A model generated the notes under the pieces. That model was not told where the DNA came from. It saw nothing but the letters and a program-made list of their open reading frames with translations, and did not search any database. Position numbers and translations under genes: made by a program. A stretch of 63,849 nt of DNA, counting the filler, from Octopus bimaculoides (taxonomy: Eukaryota): NCBI RefSeq assembly GCF_001194135.2. It is 8 parts of 7 records of this genome, joined end to end, with 100 filler letters (N's around TTAATTAATTAA, not from the genome) between each part and the next. Parts side by side here need not be neighbours in the genome. Positions count along the whole stretch, not along the records: positions 22,343 to 34,220 come from NC_068994.1; positions 34,321 to 51,122 come from NC_068981.1; 6 more parts are not named here. One strand, 5' to 3'. Positions within the stretch are counted from its first letter, which is position 1. Each line of letters begins with the position of its first letter. Positions 22,387-36,206 of this stretch are shown here, piece after piece.

Positions 22387-23622
22387 ACACACACATACAT
22401 ACACGACGGGCTTCTTTCAGTTTCCACCTACCAAATCTATTTGTCAGTCTGTTTGTCTGTTTGTATTTATGTATGTATGTATTTATTAATTAAGCCATAG
22501 GTTTGTAAATTAATTTCATGTTCAGCTGTTGTTGCGCACACTTTGTATACAAATTTGCGGAGCATAAGTGAGGATAAATATTGCTAAAGAAGAGTTTATT
22601 ATCCATACATACTTAGAAGTAGCAAAATGGAAAACATGGAAATTAAAGAAGCTGAAGGACTCAAAAATATATGACAAAAGGAAGAAGAAGAAAGATAAAA
22701 TTCTACAATGTAAAAGTGAGTACTGAAGGCATCAAAGTTTAGGTATGGTGATCTCAGAAACTACTAGTAGTATGTTGAAGTTGAAAAGAGCAAAAAGGAA
22801 TAACACAACTATCCCTGGTAAATAGTTGAGGAGTGATCGATTCCGTTCTCTCGAATTAAGGATGGAAACAGAGATTTGAAAATATCAGTGGGTATTCTTA
22901 TAAAGCATAGTGAGGTCAACAATAAAGAATGTGATTGTTAACCAGTTAAGTATTGATTCATTCAATTTGGTGGTGGTATGATCTTCCTGTGTTTCAGGAA
23001 GTATTTGTCAGAGTGGCGACATTAAGTGAAGTCGCAGATCTGGAATTTAAAATTTGCTGATTTATTAAGAGTTTTGAGGGCCAGAAAATCTTCTGAGTTA
23101 TGAATAACCCTTAAGTTTGGCCCCATTTCTGTATGGCCTTAATCTTCCAAGGACGTTGCACTTTATATTAAAGTCAGGAGTATATTTATTTAAGCTCCAA
23201 AGATGACTCAAAATTTTTCTTGTTTTCCTCATTTCTATATTCCTGAAAGTAGAGATTGATTGGAGTATAATCGTTTAAATATACGTCTGACAATATTTAG
23301 TACAAACATTCGAAGCAGCAAGGTTAACATAAAGGTGTGTGCATTTATTTTTAAAAAGTTTCTACTCATTAGAGCGTGAGAGGAATACGCTGAAAGTTTT
23401 TGATTCGGAGAAAAAAAAACCTGTAGAGACATTATGTGTAAAAATACATCAAACAGAACTGCACTACAAATGAATTCAGCAGACTCAGACATCATTTTGT
23501 CTCTCCAGTGGCAAACAGCTCATCGGTTATCTTGAGATAGGCCGGGATCTTTTCTCTCTATATAGAAAACAGCAAGCAATGCATTTGCTGGTATGTACTG
23601 AAGCATGGTAAACTGGAATTAA

Positions 23623-24970
23623 TCTTAATATATAAAGCTGAAGTTGTGTGTCTGTGTGTAGCCTTTTTAAAAGTTTATAGAAATCCACATTTTCCACTTT
23701 TTCGTGAAATTTTTTACATCAATGGAATTTTCTCGATGTGAACTTTCTAGTGCAGTAATTAGATTTTTAAAATTCCGTTTATTTTGTGTGATTTAAGGGC
23801 TATTTGGCTTTTGTTTCTAGCAACTTTTATATTTCTTCTATTCTATCTGTACCGACGTTCTTACACATCGATCACGCGCTCAACATATAATATAAAGAGT
23901 AAGAGTAAAAGAGGGAGAGAGAGAGAAAGTGATACATACAAAGTCATAGATTAATTTGGTTTAAGACTATTCTTTCCTTCTATCTACCTTTTCACTCTTA
24001 CTTCGTTCTTCTTCCTTTCTCCCATTTAATAGCTTTCTTCTATCCCTCTACCTCTAACTATCCACGTGACCTGGTCATTTGGGGCTTATCGCCATTTCTC
24101 TGCTTCGACCACATCTCTTTTCCTCGCTTCACTTTCTCATTTCCTACACACGCCAGCACCACTGTTCTTTTTTCCAAGGAATCTGGGGCTCTTAGCTTCC
24201 TTTTGCCGAAGTTGCAATGATAATTTGTGACTAGACTCGTTCATGTTTTCGTTACATTGTCCGTCTGCATGTTCAGCGTCCTTGTCTCCGTGATCTGTAA
24301 CAACAACATACACATAAATGCATACACACATCAACATTATAGATATAAGATTTATTTTGTGTGTGTTTCTTATATAAACACGCGCACGCATTGCTATTTT
24401 ATAACTGTCTTCCGTTCTCCCTTCCTCTCTTTCTCTCTCTTCATTGCTCCCGTTCTCTATTCCTTTCTCCCCCCTCTCTCTTTTCCTCTCTCCCTCTTCT
24501 CTCTCGCTCTCTCAAACGCACACACGCGCACGTACACACAAGCATTCACTACAATATAACTAGATCTTACCTTACTACATGTTCGTCAATGTTTTGTAAA
24601 TATACAAACTACGGAGCTTATGTAGACAGGACAACACATTGCAAATCAGTGAACTTCATTAGAAAACTACCTACCCTGCGAAAAGGGATTACCCTGCTAT
24701 GTATAATCAGGGCAGCGCAAAAAGTTGTTTTGCACAAGCATTTGTATAACCAATTAGACGGATGAAATTTACGTACGCTTAATAATGTTACGCAAAACAG
24801 CCTTCAGACTTTCTCTATTAATTTAATCGTCTTTTGAATTATGAACATATTTACATCATAAGGGTTTTTTTCGTTGTAAGGCTTTCTTTTTTAGTTGATT
24901 TTAACCTAGTAAGACTTATCGTAGATGGCGTAATAAGTCACACCCGGACAAGGTCGGGTTATACTGATAG
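23623..24970 (+). mobile_element. Non-autonomous Helitron
   Basis: 5' end A|TCTTAATATATAAAGCTGAAG. 3' GC hairpin CCCGGACAAGGTCGGG (24943-24958), then ...CTGATAG|T (CTAG-like end). It sits between A and T with no TSD. Confidence 0.7.
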
Positions 24971-25629
24971 TTTAGTATAAATTCTATGAGAGCAGATCTG
25001 ATCCTAAACAGCAGTAATAACGATGTATTTTTAACCTAGAAACACTTAAATTGATGACATACAGAAAAAAAAAGAAAGCATAATTGAAAAATTTGCATCA
25101 AACAAACAAATATTATAACCAATTGCAAGCAATAATGTTTAAACTTAAGGAATCCATGAAGCTTACCCATGCATTCCTTTACTTCTTTAAAGCTCTTTTA
25201 TGTAAAATATATTTTTAAACCTCTTTTATTTGAAATATATATTTAAGGTTCTTTTATTTAAAATATATTTTCATTACACGAATGTTCTGGTTATTGATCT
25301 TATAGTGTGCCTGCTGAAAATTCCTTCCTTTAAGTATGAGAAAATAAATATATTAACAGCTGAAGACGTGCTGTTCTGGAAAAATGGAGTCTATGATCAA
25401 GAGATGTTTTGCTTTAACGGAGACAACACTTTACAATTTCATATTATTTACGCAAGCCAGTGCACTGAAAAACAGGTTAGTCATTCCATTTTATTATAAT
25501 CATTAGCAGCTAAGATGCTTTAAATAACTTCAGAGCTTTAGACGCTTTGTATCGACCTAGCAAAGATGACCGCTCAGCTTAATAGCAGCAGTATTTAGGC
25601 TCTATTATTATTATCATTATCATTATTTC

Positions 25630-25930
25630 AGGAATGATGGACAATTTTCAAAAGAACTTGGCCTGTCAGTGGAACGGGGCATTTTGGTCTATTCGGAATA
25701 AACTCTACAAACATGGTTATGTTGGAGTCATGTGCAACGTTCAAGATGCATGTGCGTGCCGGGCGATGAGATCACCAGGTACGCACTCGTTCAATGTCAG
25801 TGCTGAATTTGGAGATTTATGTCAGACAGTCGCTATCACATGCTAACAACCGAGCCTATCGAGTATATCGACTCACCACTTCCCTTTGGCAAGAAAAAGT
25901 GGGTAGTCTTACGCTGTGTGGAGACTATGG
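25630..25930 (+). mobile_element. Probable highly decayed Gypsy pol (integrase zinc-binding region) remnant
   Basis: Frame-switched reading LSVERGILVYSE..LYKHGYVG...PGDEITR.ALVQCQ...TEP...WQ.KVG resembles the H2C2-region consensus (L.V..GIL...LH.GH.G..WPG...I...V..C..C...PWQKVG.D). Confidence 0.4.
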
Positions 25931-26383
25931 CGAAGGAGGGTGTATTAAATAAGTTTGAAAGAACGGGAGACAAACACTTTTCTCTTCGATCAAGCCCTCA
26001 TCAATTGTTTCATGTTACAACTGAAAGTGAGGAAAGAAACGGAAGTGCCTCCGTCCATTAATTTATGAAAGATTGCTGAGAGGAACCAAATCGGTGTGGT
26101 TAAATGGGCCTAAACAGCTGTAGGGTTGCGGCAAGAACTAGTTGAAGGTACTTGTATTTTGATGTCTCAGATAAGCTGAGGATCTATGCGAGTAGGTTTT
26201 CTGAATTAGCCCATGCGGTTATTTTCTTTTTAGAGACACTTTCTTAGTGTTATTTTGTTTCTCCTAAGCTGTCAATGCTATTAATTATCATCATCACATT
26301 TTCAGATTGATTGTATGTCGATCTCAGTTAATCAGGTGCGAGTCATAACTAATGGCCATAGGTCCTGTCAGCTTTATCATTCC

Positions 26384-28275
26384 ACCTACATTAATGTAAC
26401 TCTTCTCAAAATCTTGGCTGTTCCAAGTAGTGCTATTTTCTGGGATATATCATTCTTGAGAGTAAGTCCAAGTTTGCCAAACCACTTCTGAAATTGGTTT
26501 GTCACGGTTCCAAGTGCTTCTATCACAACAAATATAATCTTCACTTTCTTCAGTTCCCACAAACGTACTATCTTGTGTCTCAAATCTTGGTACCCATCCA
26601 CATTGTCCTTCTCTTTCTCTACCACGCGGGTATCTCCTGAGATAGCGATGTCAATAATCCAACAATGTCTTTCTTCTTTCTCAATCAGGATCAAATCAGT
26701 TTTTTTGTTTGCCTTGTTGCATTGCTCATTGAAATCCAATAGCAATTTCACCATATCGTTTTTCGTTTCAGCAAGTGGCTGGTGTTCATACCAGTTGTCA
26801 GCTCTTTCCAAGTATTTCCAACATAAAAACCAATGTACAGTTCGACCAACATTATCATGTCGTCTCTTGTACTCCTGTTGTGCCAAAGAACTAAATTCAC
26901 ATACAATGTGACTTGTGGTTTCTCAAAACTTCCTACACATTCTGCACGATGGTGATTCGATCGTTTTGTTAATGTAGGATTTTACACAGTTAGTTCTTAA
27001 TTCTTGCTCTTGAGTAGCACAAATAAGAGCCCCCGTCCCCTCTTTCAAATCTCCCTTACTCATCCAAGCCCATGTCTCATGTTTTCCTATCTTTCAAAAT
27101 TATAATCTTTACCCATATCTCTTAGGAGCTGTTTATGCATCGCCTTGTCTTTCAACCCTGCAGTTTTCTTTTCAGCTTCATTTTTCTTGAACTCCTCTTT
27201 GTTGGTGTACGATTCTATTTCTATGATCCCAGCCAATTTAACTCCTATGGGTAATGGTTCTATGTTGTTCCTAATATACCAATCAAGACTATTTTCTTAA
27301 CTTTTTAGGCAGTCTTCGTAGCTTATCATACCTTTTGTAGGTATATCCTATGCACGTCACTTTTAGGATGCAAGGCTCCATACATTGTCATTTTCTTCCT
27401 CGTTTCTCGGTCCATCTCTATCTTTTCTTTTGTCCATTTAAGTATGCCCGCTCCATATCGTAGTACTGATACAACCGAAATATCGATGGCAGTTACTTTA
27501 TTTCTTCCATTTAATTTTGACTTGAGAATCAAACATATTCGTCTCATGTACTCTTTCTTGTGCAAACTCTTCATCTCATTTTCTTTTATTCCGTCTGTCT
27601 CTAGGATGCCAAGGTACTTATAACCACTCTCTTCATGACATTTCCGTCTGGTAGTTCTATCCCTTCAGTTCTCACCACTTTTCCTCTTTGAAGCATTAGA
27701 ACTCCACATTCCTTTACTCAGAACTTCATTCCTATGTCTTTACTGAACTAGTGCACTGTTTTGATCAATGAGTTTACCTTCTCCTGATTCTTTCCAAACA
27801 ACTTCAAGTCGTATATAAAAAGCAAATAGTTGACTTCAAAGCTTCATCGTTCCCACTGACGGTACCACATGACGTTAACTCACTTCCAATTTTCCATGCT
27901 CTGTTGAATAAATTCTCTGATATTATCGGCTATTCCAAAAAAGGCCAGACACTCTAATATCATTGAATGGGAAATGGGGTCATATAACTTTAGGTTGTCA
28001 ATCCATACCATTAAAAGGTTGTTGTGTCTTCTTTTGCAATATTTGGGAATGGCTTTATTAATTAAGAGTTGATCCTTTGTGCCCACATTTCTTCGTTTGC
28101 AACCTTTTTGTTCTTCTGGAAGTGTTTTCATTTTCTAAGAAGAAATGCATGCTTTCTGATAAAATACCTGTGAATAACTTCCAAAGAATAGGAAGGCAAG
28201 AAGTAGGGCAGAAATTGTCAGTAGCTTTCCCTTTTGATGCATCCTTCAGATAAAGTACTGTCTGTCCACGTGTCA
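26384..28275 (-). mobile_element. R4/Dong-like LINE, decayed RT + CCHC + RLE, internally deleted
   Basis: [17 protein letters not shown] (RT), LLFIYDLKLF (YADD-like), KSKLNGRNKV..I..VL.YGAGI, CRMCR...HIVCEFSS, YKRRHDNVG..VHW, and KTDLILI...IDIAISGD..KEK (RLE). Confidence 0.88.
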
Positions 28276-28419
28276 TCTATGAGGGTAATGACTTTGTATT
28301 GTTTAAAATTCTTCTTCTTGATCGTCTGTTGACATGTATTGCACATCACTCTCGTAAGTTTGTTGTTATTTATATTGTTAAACATTGTTATATAGTGTAT
28401 ATTTATCACCGTTACATAG

Positions 28420-31400
28420 ATAAACTAACGAGGACGTCAAGGAGGTGGTTAGTTTTTCTCCATCTGCAGCCCCTAGGCGTTTGTTTAAGCCAATACACCC
28501 CTCAATTTTGCTTAAAAGAAGGTGGCAGACGAGAATTGTTCGCCCGCTGAAAAGGACAGCCAGTCATCTGCACATCTACCAAATCGTAAAACTGAGTGTC
28601 ACCACCGTCACCGTCACCACCATCGCCACCGCCGCCGCCACCATCGCAAATGTCAACCAAAACAACAAAAATGAACATGAAAAATCAGGACACATAAAAA
28701 AAGAACTTTTTTACACATAGCACGTGCATATTCAGCCACCACCGCCACCACTACCGCCATTAACGCCAACATAGTAGCGGAAATTGACAAAAATGGCAAA
28801 TCTTGACCTAATGGGTTCGTATCTGCAGTCTGGCAAACATAAGAACACATAAATCTGTCGACAGCTGATTTAAGAAATGCAAAAGCCATATTAAAAAGAA
28901 ATGGAAGAAGGGTAAGCCATAACACACTTGAAGCCATTGTGCAGGACTACTGAGAATCACAATAACTTATAAAACAATAGGAGTTAAAAGCCGTAAATTA
29001 GAACGAGCAACACAACAACAAATCGAAAAATGTCTACGTCCAGTGTGAGACACTAAAACCTATGTTGTAAGAAAGAAGAAATATGGCGTTGTAGAGGTGA
29101 GATTTGCTACAGGAGGAAACAAGGAAGCACTCCATTTTGACCCAACAAATGAGAACCTTTTTCCGGTATCCATATATCTGGGTCGTAGAGTTGTAAAAAA
29201 TTCGGGACGTACCACCAGAAACAGACATCTACTGGTTGATGGCAGCTGTCCTCCTGGACGTAGAGGACAGAACAAACATTCTGCAGGTAAGGAAACTGCA
29301 CAAACAAAACTGATTGGGGCAAGGCTCAGAGCTGGATAACGAAAGTTTAGAAGCAATTCCGGAAATCATAAATTGACCAGATGGCACCAACCTCCACGTG
29401 GCCGTTGAGGGTAGAATGCCGAGGTGTCGCCTGTGTGGGGACACAAATCATCTAAATGCCTTTTGCTCACAACAAAAGAGAGAAGAGAGTCCTCCCTCAC
29501 TTTTGCACACATCACCACCACCACCACGACTACCACCNNNNNNNNNNNNNNNNNNNNNNNNNNNNNNNNNNNNNNNNNNNNNNNNNNNNNNNNNNNNNNN
29601 NNNNNNNNNNNNNNNNNNNNNNNNNNNNNNNNNNNNNNNNNNNNNNNNNNNNNNNNNNNNNNNNCCACCACCACCACCACAATAACAACAAAAACAACAA
29701 CAACGGCAACAGCAACAACAACAACAGCAGCAACAACATAAACAACTGCAACAGCACCAGCATAGGCAGGTGACCACTACGGTAGCAGTAACAACAATCA
29801 CAGCAGCAAACAGGAACAACAGTGGAAGCAACAGCAGCAAACAGAACAGAGAACTCATCAACATCTATGGCTTCTACATACCAGACAGCAGCAAAAACAA
29901 CAGCATCAGAACCACCCGCTAAAAAACAAGAACTTTATTATCAACAGAACAGCAGCAAACATTTCTGCAAGACATGCCTCTTCCATGTTCTGACCAATCA
30001 AACATGTCCTGTAGTGAGGGCGACAATGAAGATCCTAAATGGCACCCCCTACCCACAAAAAATGGCAGATCTAACAAAAGAAAAAGAAATAAAGACACAC
30101 CGATATCAACGCAAAAAACTAGCAGGTATGATCTTAGGGGGAGATGCATTTGAGGGTAAATACACAATTACCAGTACCGTCAACAACATCATTCCCATCA
30201 TTACCATCATTACCATCACTTCCACCACTATCACAAACCATCATCACAAGCACAATCCAATTCATACACACAAGTCTCAGATCGCACATCTCAACACCAG
30301 CAAAATCCAGACTTTATTAGCTACACAGTAATAAATACGACCGATAAAGAACTGATGGAACATATATATAACCATACAGACATCACACACACCAACTTTA
30401 TCACACCAACAAACAATATACCAACATGCATAGAAGTTCTTTCGTCACAAAGCACATATAACACCATAAAAGTTAAATATCCTAAATAGAAATCTTAACA
30501 AAAGACTGTATAAATAACTGCTCGTGAAAATATCCATTTATAACTATCGGAACTGAATATCCATCCCCATCTCGCCAAAAAATCACTTTAAGTAACTTTC
30601 CCGGATCTATTCCTTAATCTGACATGGCTTAGGATAGGCAGTATAAATGGACGTGGCATGGGGACATCTTGGAAACTAGGTCCTCTACACAATGATCTAC
30701 TGTCACTAAGTGTAGATGTAGTGGATATCAGTGAAACCAGACTCCCCGATTTACAAGCGTTCATGCTCATTTTCTGTGGATACGAGATCTATTTACCCCA
30801 TGTTAACCGGGGAACAGGGTATGAGTGGTGGATCTGCGGTATCGTTCCAGAGAGGCCTCGATCTCAAGATAAGGATTATCTGCCTGGATCCTGGATGCGA
30901 ACAGTAGTGACGGGGATTTCTTCAGAGGTCTAAGGGTTTTCCTAAGAATGTCTCAACCTCTAGGGTTAGTGGGTGATTGGAAAGCTGTTTAAGAGTCACG
31001 TTTGGATTATGTAGGGCTAGTTAATAGAAGAGGAGGTGATAAAATCCTCGCAAACCTTCTCAGAAATTTCCAACTGTCTGATAGGTACCAACTAGATTTC
31101 CCGGATATGTCAATGTCGATGTGGACGAATCTCATTGGGTCATCCAAACGGTATCTAGACGGTATTCTGTAGGCCAGTAGATGTTTCAAACTGGTCAATT
31201 ACACAGACCACACTTTTATGATCTGTACAGTCAACCTAGATAGGCTTAGAAAGTAGAGACCCGGTCACTGAAAGCTGAATGCGTCTTTCCCAGCGTGCCA
31301 AGCTTACCGAGACCAGATTAGAGAATTAGTTAAGCTGGCGTTTGACGGGAGTAATCGTCAACAACAAATAGTGATTTGCCTAAAATAGGCAATTAGTGTA

Positions 31401-32670
31401 GGTTCAGTTAGGTTTAGTAAGGCATTAGTGATAGAAAGAAATAAAATAGAAGGTACTTAGAAACTTAAAAGAGGCGCTCTGGACCAATTCTTCGATGCAA
31501 AACACGAAGGCTGCATTGTCAGAGCTAAGACAAGAAAGAAGGAAATCCGCTCGATAGGCCCGAGTAGCAGAGACGCAACGTGGAAACGAAGTCACAATTC
31601 GGTCTTTGGTGGACCAAAATGGGTGCATGTTACTCGAGCCTGAGCCGGTGAGTACGACATTTCAGCAGTACTTCGCCCAACTGTTTGGGGCAAATGACAG
31701 TCCGGAACGCAGGATAGACTTAAGTGCCTATCACGATGGCATGTCACGATTCTCGGCAAGTGGGTGAAGTGTTGCTAAATGCCGATTACAGCAGCGGAAA
31801 TACGAAATGCGATCACTGGCTTCACGTTGGGTAAAACCCCTGGTTTGGATGGTCTGTCCTACAATCTTTACTTTAATATGCCATACTTATTTGACAGCCT
31901 TTTAGCAAATATCTATAGCAACTGGCAGCAGAACGGGAGAATTCCTAGTTCTGTGAGTCGAGGAGCGGTGGCGCAGCTAAGAAAGGGCCTTAACAAGGGG
32001 ATCAAATAGAAAATTTTAGGCCCATAATGCTGTTGAACGCAGATATCAAAATTTTGGCCAAGGTCTTAGGAAAGAGATTGGCACTTCTTGTTGAAGAACT
32101 GATTGATGCGCAAACATGCGCAATCCCCAGCAGATCCATCCGCAACAACCTCCACTTCATGCAATACATCATAGATAGGGTGAGAGAAGAAGCTGGTATA
32201 GGAGGGTTCTGATCAATTTGGATCAGTCTAAAGCCTTCGACAGAGTCGACCACCAGTACTTGGTGGCCGTTCTCACAGCGGCCGGTTTCGGTCCCGTTTT
32301 CCGTTGCTGGATCGCTGCAATCTGTTCGGTAGTTCAGATGAACGGTTACCTATCGGAACCATTCAGCTTCTTGCGACTCGGTCCATCAAGGGTGTCTGCT
32401 CTCGTCTCTTCTGTATGTGCTGGCTCTAAAGCCACTACAGCGGAAATTGGAAGCGTTGAGAGGCATCCTATGCGATCTAGGACTTGAGAGAACCGTGTCG
32501 GCATACGGGGACGACGTCACCACCATAGTGTCGAACAGCAGGCATATACACCTGGTCGGCATTGCTGTAAAAGATTACCAGGCGGTGACAGGAGTAAAGA
32601 TTAACCAAGAAAAGTCAGTGGACTTGCAGCTCGGCACCTGGAGAAGCAAGTCCATGCCGTCTAATAACGT
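28420..32670 (+). mobile_element. L1/Tx1-like LINE (ORF1 with zinc knuckle; ORF2 APE + RT), decayed
   Basis: ORF1 has FPVSIYLGRRVVK and CRLCGDTNHLNAFC (C-X2-C-X4-H-X4-C, ~29425-29470). APE: INGRG...VDISETRL (30640-30750). RT: GKTPGLDGL, LLNADIKILAKVL, DQSKAFDRVDH, SAYGDDVT, KINQEKS. Many stops. Confidence 0.85.
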
Positions 32671-33119
32671 TGAGACAACACCAACACCATTTTCACCAGC
32701 ACTACTACAAAAACCAACACAAATTACAACACCAGGTTCCACAAGTACTACCAACCTTACAGCCATAGACACAAACAATATAAAACTTATAAAACACTTA
32801 AAAGATAACACAGACACCACAAAGAAAGTCTTTCCGACACACAACACACCACCACCACCACCACCACCACCATACATGCAAATTAAAAAAAATTCCGCAG
32901 AATACACACAGCACTTTAAAAGATAAATTTCTTAAAGCTGTTGGGTTGTTTCAGAAAACTTTCTCGAAACGACTGTACAAAAATCTACTCGTTGAAACAC
33001 CCTCATCAGAGAACAAGGGGGCCACCCCGTCAAAAAACAGCGGTAAGTGGCGCTCTCCTCCGCCTTTAATATTTTTCTTGTTTCAGCATAGTCGTGCTCA
33101 AAATTGGTTGTTTAAATGC

Positions 33120-33790
33120 TCGGGGCTTCGGGGTCACCTTGGAAACAAGATCACCTAAACGATCTGAGGTCCTTTTAATTGTGGGGTAGCAGCCATTAGG
33201 GAAACCAGACTTTCCGACCCGCAGGAAAAAGCCTCACAAACCTGCTCACACGCCCGAATCCATCGTGAAGATCACCCCGCCTCCTTCCTTNNNNNNNNNN
33301 NNNNNNNNNNNNNNNNNNNNNNNNNNNNNNNNNNNNNNNNNNNNNNNNNNNNNNNNNNNNNNNNNNNNNNNNNNNNNNNNNNNNNNNNNNNNNNNNNNNN
33401 NNNNNNNNNNNNNNNNNNNNNNNNNNNNNNNNNNNNNNNNNNNNNNNNNNNNNNNNNNTAATTTTCTCTGTCTGGTGGCTATGGTGAAAGAGGTCGTGGG
33501 GTGGACGCGATTGAAAAGGTTGAAGACGGGCACTTTCCTCTTCGGCCAAGGCCTATTCGACTTTTTCAGGTTGCACCTGAAAAAGAAAGTTAAAAGGTGG
33601 GTGAATGTGGAAAGGATGGCCCATGTGAATGGGCCTACCCCAAGTCTGCGCCTGTTGGCTGGATGGAATGGAGAGGAGAGGAGTGCCTATCTGAGGTGTT
33701 TATGGTGTTCGGAGGTCCAAAATGTGTGGGGCTCTTTGGTCATCTCGGGGGAACTCCCCCCTATTAGGGTATTATATTGTTTAATTTGAC
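33120..33790 (+). mobile_element. Second L1/Tx1-like fragment (APE start, gap, C-terminus and 3' UTR)
   Basis: LNDLRSFNCGVAAIRETRL (APE start). After the gap: CLVAMVKEVVGWTRLK...FLFGQGLFDFFRLHLKKKV, homologous to 40600-40730. Confidence 0.7.
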
Positions 33791-33811
33791 TTGTTAATTA
33801 CTGTGTTTTTT

Positions 33812-34220
33812 TATGTTTACTCGCCTTTTAACCCCACAAGTCAGTGAGCTTGCAACTCGTCAACAGGAGAGGCACATCCAATATTTTGCTCTGTCAAGTC
33901 CATACTTGTTGCAAAGTGTCCAATGGACAAGCTTGGCTATATTGTCATGGCATCTCTTATATTCCTTCAGGGCTAGTGGCGTACATTGGCTGGTAATATG
34001 CCATTCGGTTTCACCGTTTTGTCCACACATTCTGCACTTATCATTTTCTGCTGTGTTGTCTATTCTGTATTTTATGTAGTTTGTTCTTAGTGCTTGCTCT
34101 TGAGCAGCACAGATTAGAGCCTCCATTTCCGGTTTTAAATCACTTTTAGTCATCCATAGCCATCTTTTTTCTCTGTCTGTCTTATCTTCAATATCCCTAA
34201 AATTGACCATGCATTCTTTT
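33812..34220 (-). mobile_element. R4/Dong-like LINE fragment (zinc-knuckle region)
   Basis: LKPEMEALICAAQEQALRTNY...KCRMCGQNGETEWHITSQC...EYKRCHDNIAKLVHW. Confidence 0.85.
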
Positions 34221-34320
34221 NNNNNNNNNNNNNNNNNNNNNNNNNNNNNNNNNNNNNNNNNNNNTTAATTAATTAANNNNNNNNNNNNNNNNNNNNNNNN
34301 NNNNNNNNNNNNNNNNNNNN

Positions 34321-34374
<54 letters not shown>

Positions 34375-36206
34375 CGTGTGCGTGTGCGTGTGCGTATGTG
34401 TGTGTCTGTTTCGAAATTTTGCCTATAATCAACTATCATTAAAGAAACGTAAATATTTTACAGTACTTTTCGAAAATGAGATTTTATTGAAATTTTATTG
34501 TGCGGGAGACTAACAATTATTATAGTCTTTGTTCTTACTTGAGAAGAAAATAACTATAAAAATTACTCTCAAGGGAAAGCTTTTCTATCCTTTGCCCGTT
34601 TGCAATACATAATCATGCAACCCTTTTCTGGCGTTTAAGGTTTAATCCCCTAATGATAGATAGTGTCGTAAATTGTTTGGATACATACAAATGAAGAGCA
34701 GAGTTGCAGTTAATTGACTCCAGCTTTGTATAAAAGTGTTTTCAACACGGATTGGAAGCAAGACCTATCACATAATTGTCCAAATATTGAAATTCTGATC
34801 TTCTATACATTGTTTATATTGTAATATATTTATAATTACAAAATTTCTGTGATATCGCATATATATTAAAAAAAATTAACTTCAGAAACAAGTGGATGAA
34901 TTGTTGCTGTTGTTTAGCAGCATAAATAGCTGACCAATTGTTACGATCTTGTTTTTTTTAGGTGGATATGTGCAAGTATAATATCCAACGTCTCGTTTTC
35001 TTAAATAAGACGATAAGACGCGATTTTAGGAGAGGTTTGGATGGTAATTTAATCAACCCCATATAGAAGTTGCCATATTTGTCTTCAATATATGCGTGGT
35101 ATTTAAGGCATTAAGCTGGCAGAATCGTTAGTACGCCGAGCAAACTGCTTAGCGGCATTTCATCTATCTTTACGTTCTGAGTTCAAATTCCTCCGAAGTT
35201 GACTCAGACTTTACCCTCCACCCATTTGAAGGTCGATAAAATTGAGCACTGGGGTTGATGTAATCGATTTATCCCAGCCACCGAACTTGCTGGTCTTGTG
35301 CTAAAATTTGAAAACTATATTTGTGTTATTTGAGGCAGCGAGCTGGCAGAATCGTTAGCACACCCAGCAACATGTTTAACAGCATTTGATCCTTCTTTTT
35401 TTGAGTTCAAGTTCCGCCGAGGTTGATTTTTCATTTTATCCTTCTGGAGTCGATATAATAAGTACTAGCTGAAGACTGGTGTTAGTTTAGTCAGCATATC
35501 CCATCCTCAGAACTTGCTGACCTTTTGCTAAAATTTGAAACCAGTATATGTGTGAGATTTGATGTTCGTGAAAATTATAAAAAGCGTTCTTATTGACAAT
35601 AAATTTCTTTAAGTCTCATTTTATGGCTTATGCAAAAGGAACAAACAAATGCATGAGATTGGTAGCGGAGAGAAAAGCTGCAGGGGATCAGGAAAGAGTG
35701 GAGGAAAGGAGTGGAGGATGAAGGAAGGTATCTCAAACCGGAGACTTGGTTCAAATGCTTGAAAAAGAGAGAAATCGGTTAGAGACCAAGTGTTGGCGTT
35801 AAACTGATCGACAGATTAAGTCTACTCTCCAAGTAGACGACACTGGCGGGATTTGAACACAAAAAAGGAGCAAATATTGCAAGGATCTAACAATTTTGCT
35901 AGTATAACACATTAGACTGGAATTTTATGTGTCAACCACAGTCGTTGGAAATCAGCCAGCAAGAAGTCAGAATAAATGCAACAATGCATTCCGTCAGATT
36001 CTTTGACGATTCTGTTAATTTACCGTCTGCCCAATTTCCCTGAAATGGTTTCGGTCAACCTGAAACTTTGAGTAAAAGACATTTCTGAAAGCTTCCATAC
36101 AACGAATTTAAACATGGACTGACGTGATTGTGAATCGAATTAATTATCCAGGTTTCTGTTTAAACTATTCGACGGAATCAAGTATCGACGAAGCAAATAT
36201 TTTATA

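Noticed and set aside
22739-22770. TTTAG|G TAT GGT GAT CTC (YGDL) as SLC35D exon 2
   Set aside because: It is the wrong phase for the phase-1 donor, and the YGDL frame stops after three more codons.
32960-33015. TCATCAG and GAAAC near each other as a hammerhead
   Set aside because: The core elements fall on opposite strands or in the wrong order, so no fold is possible.
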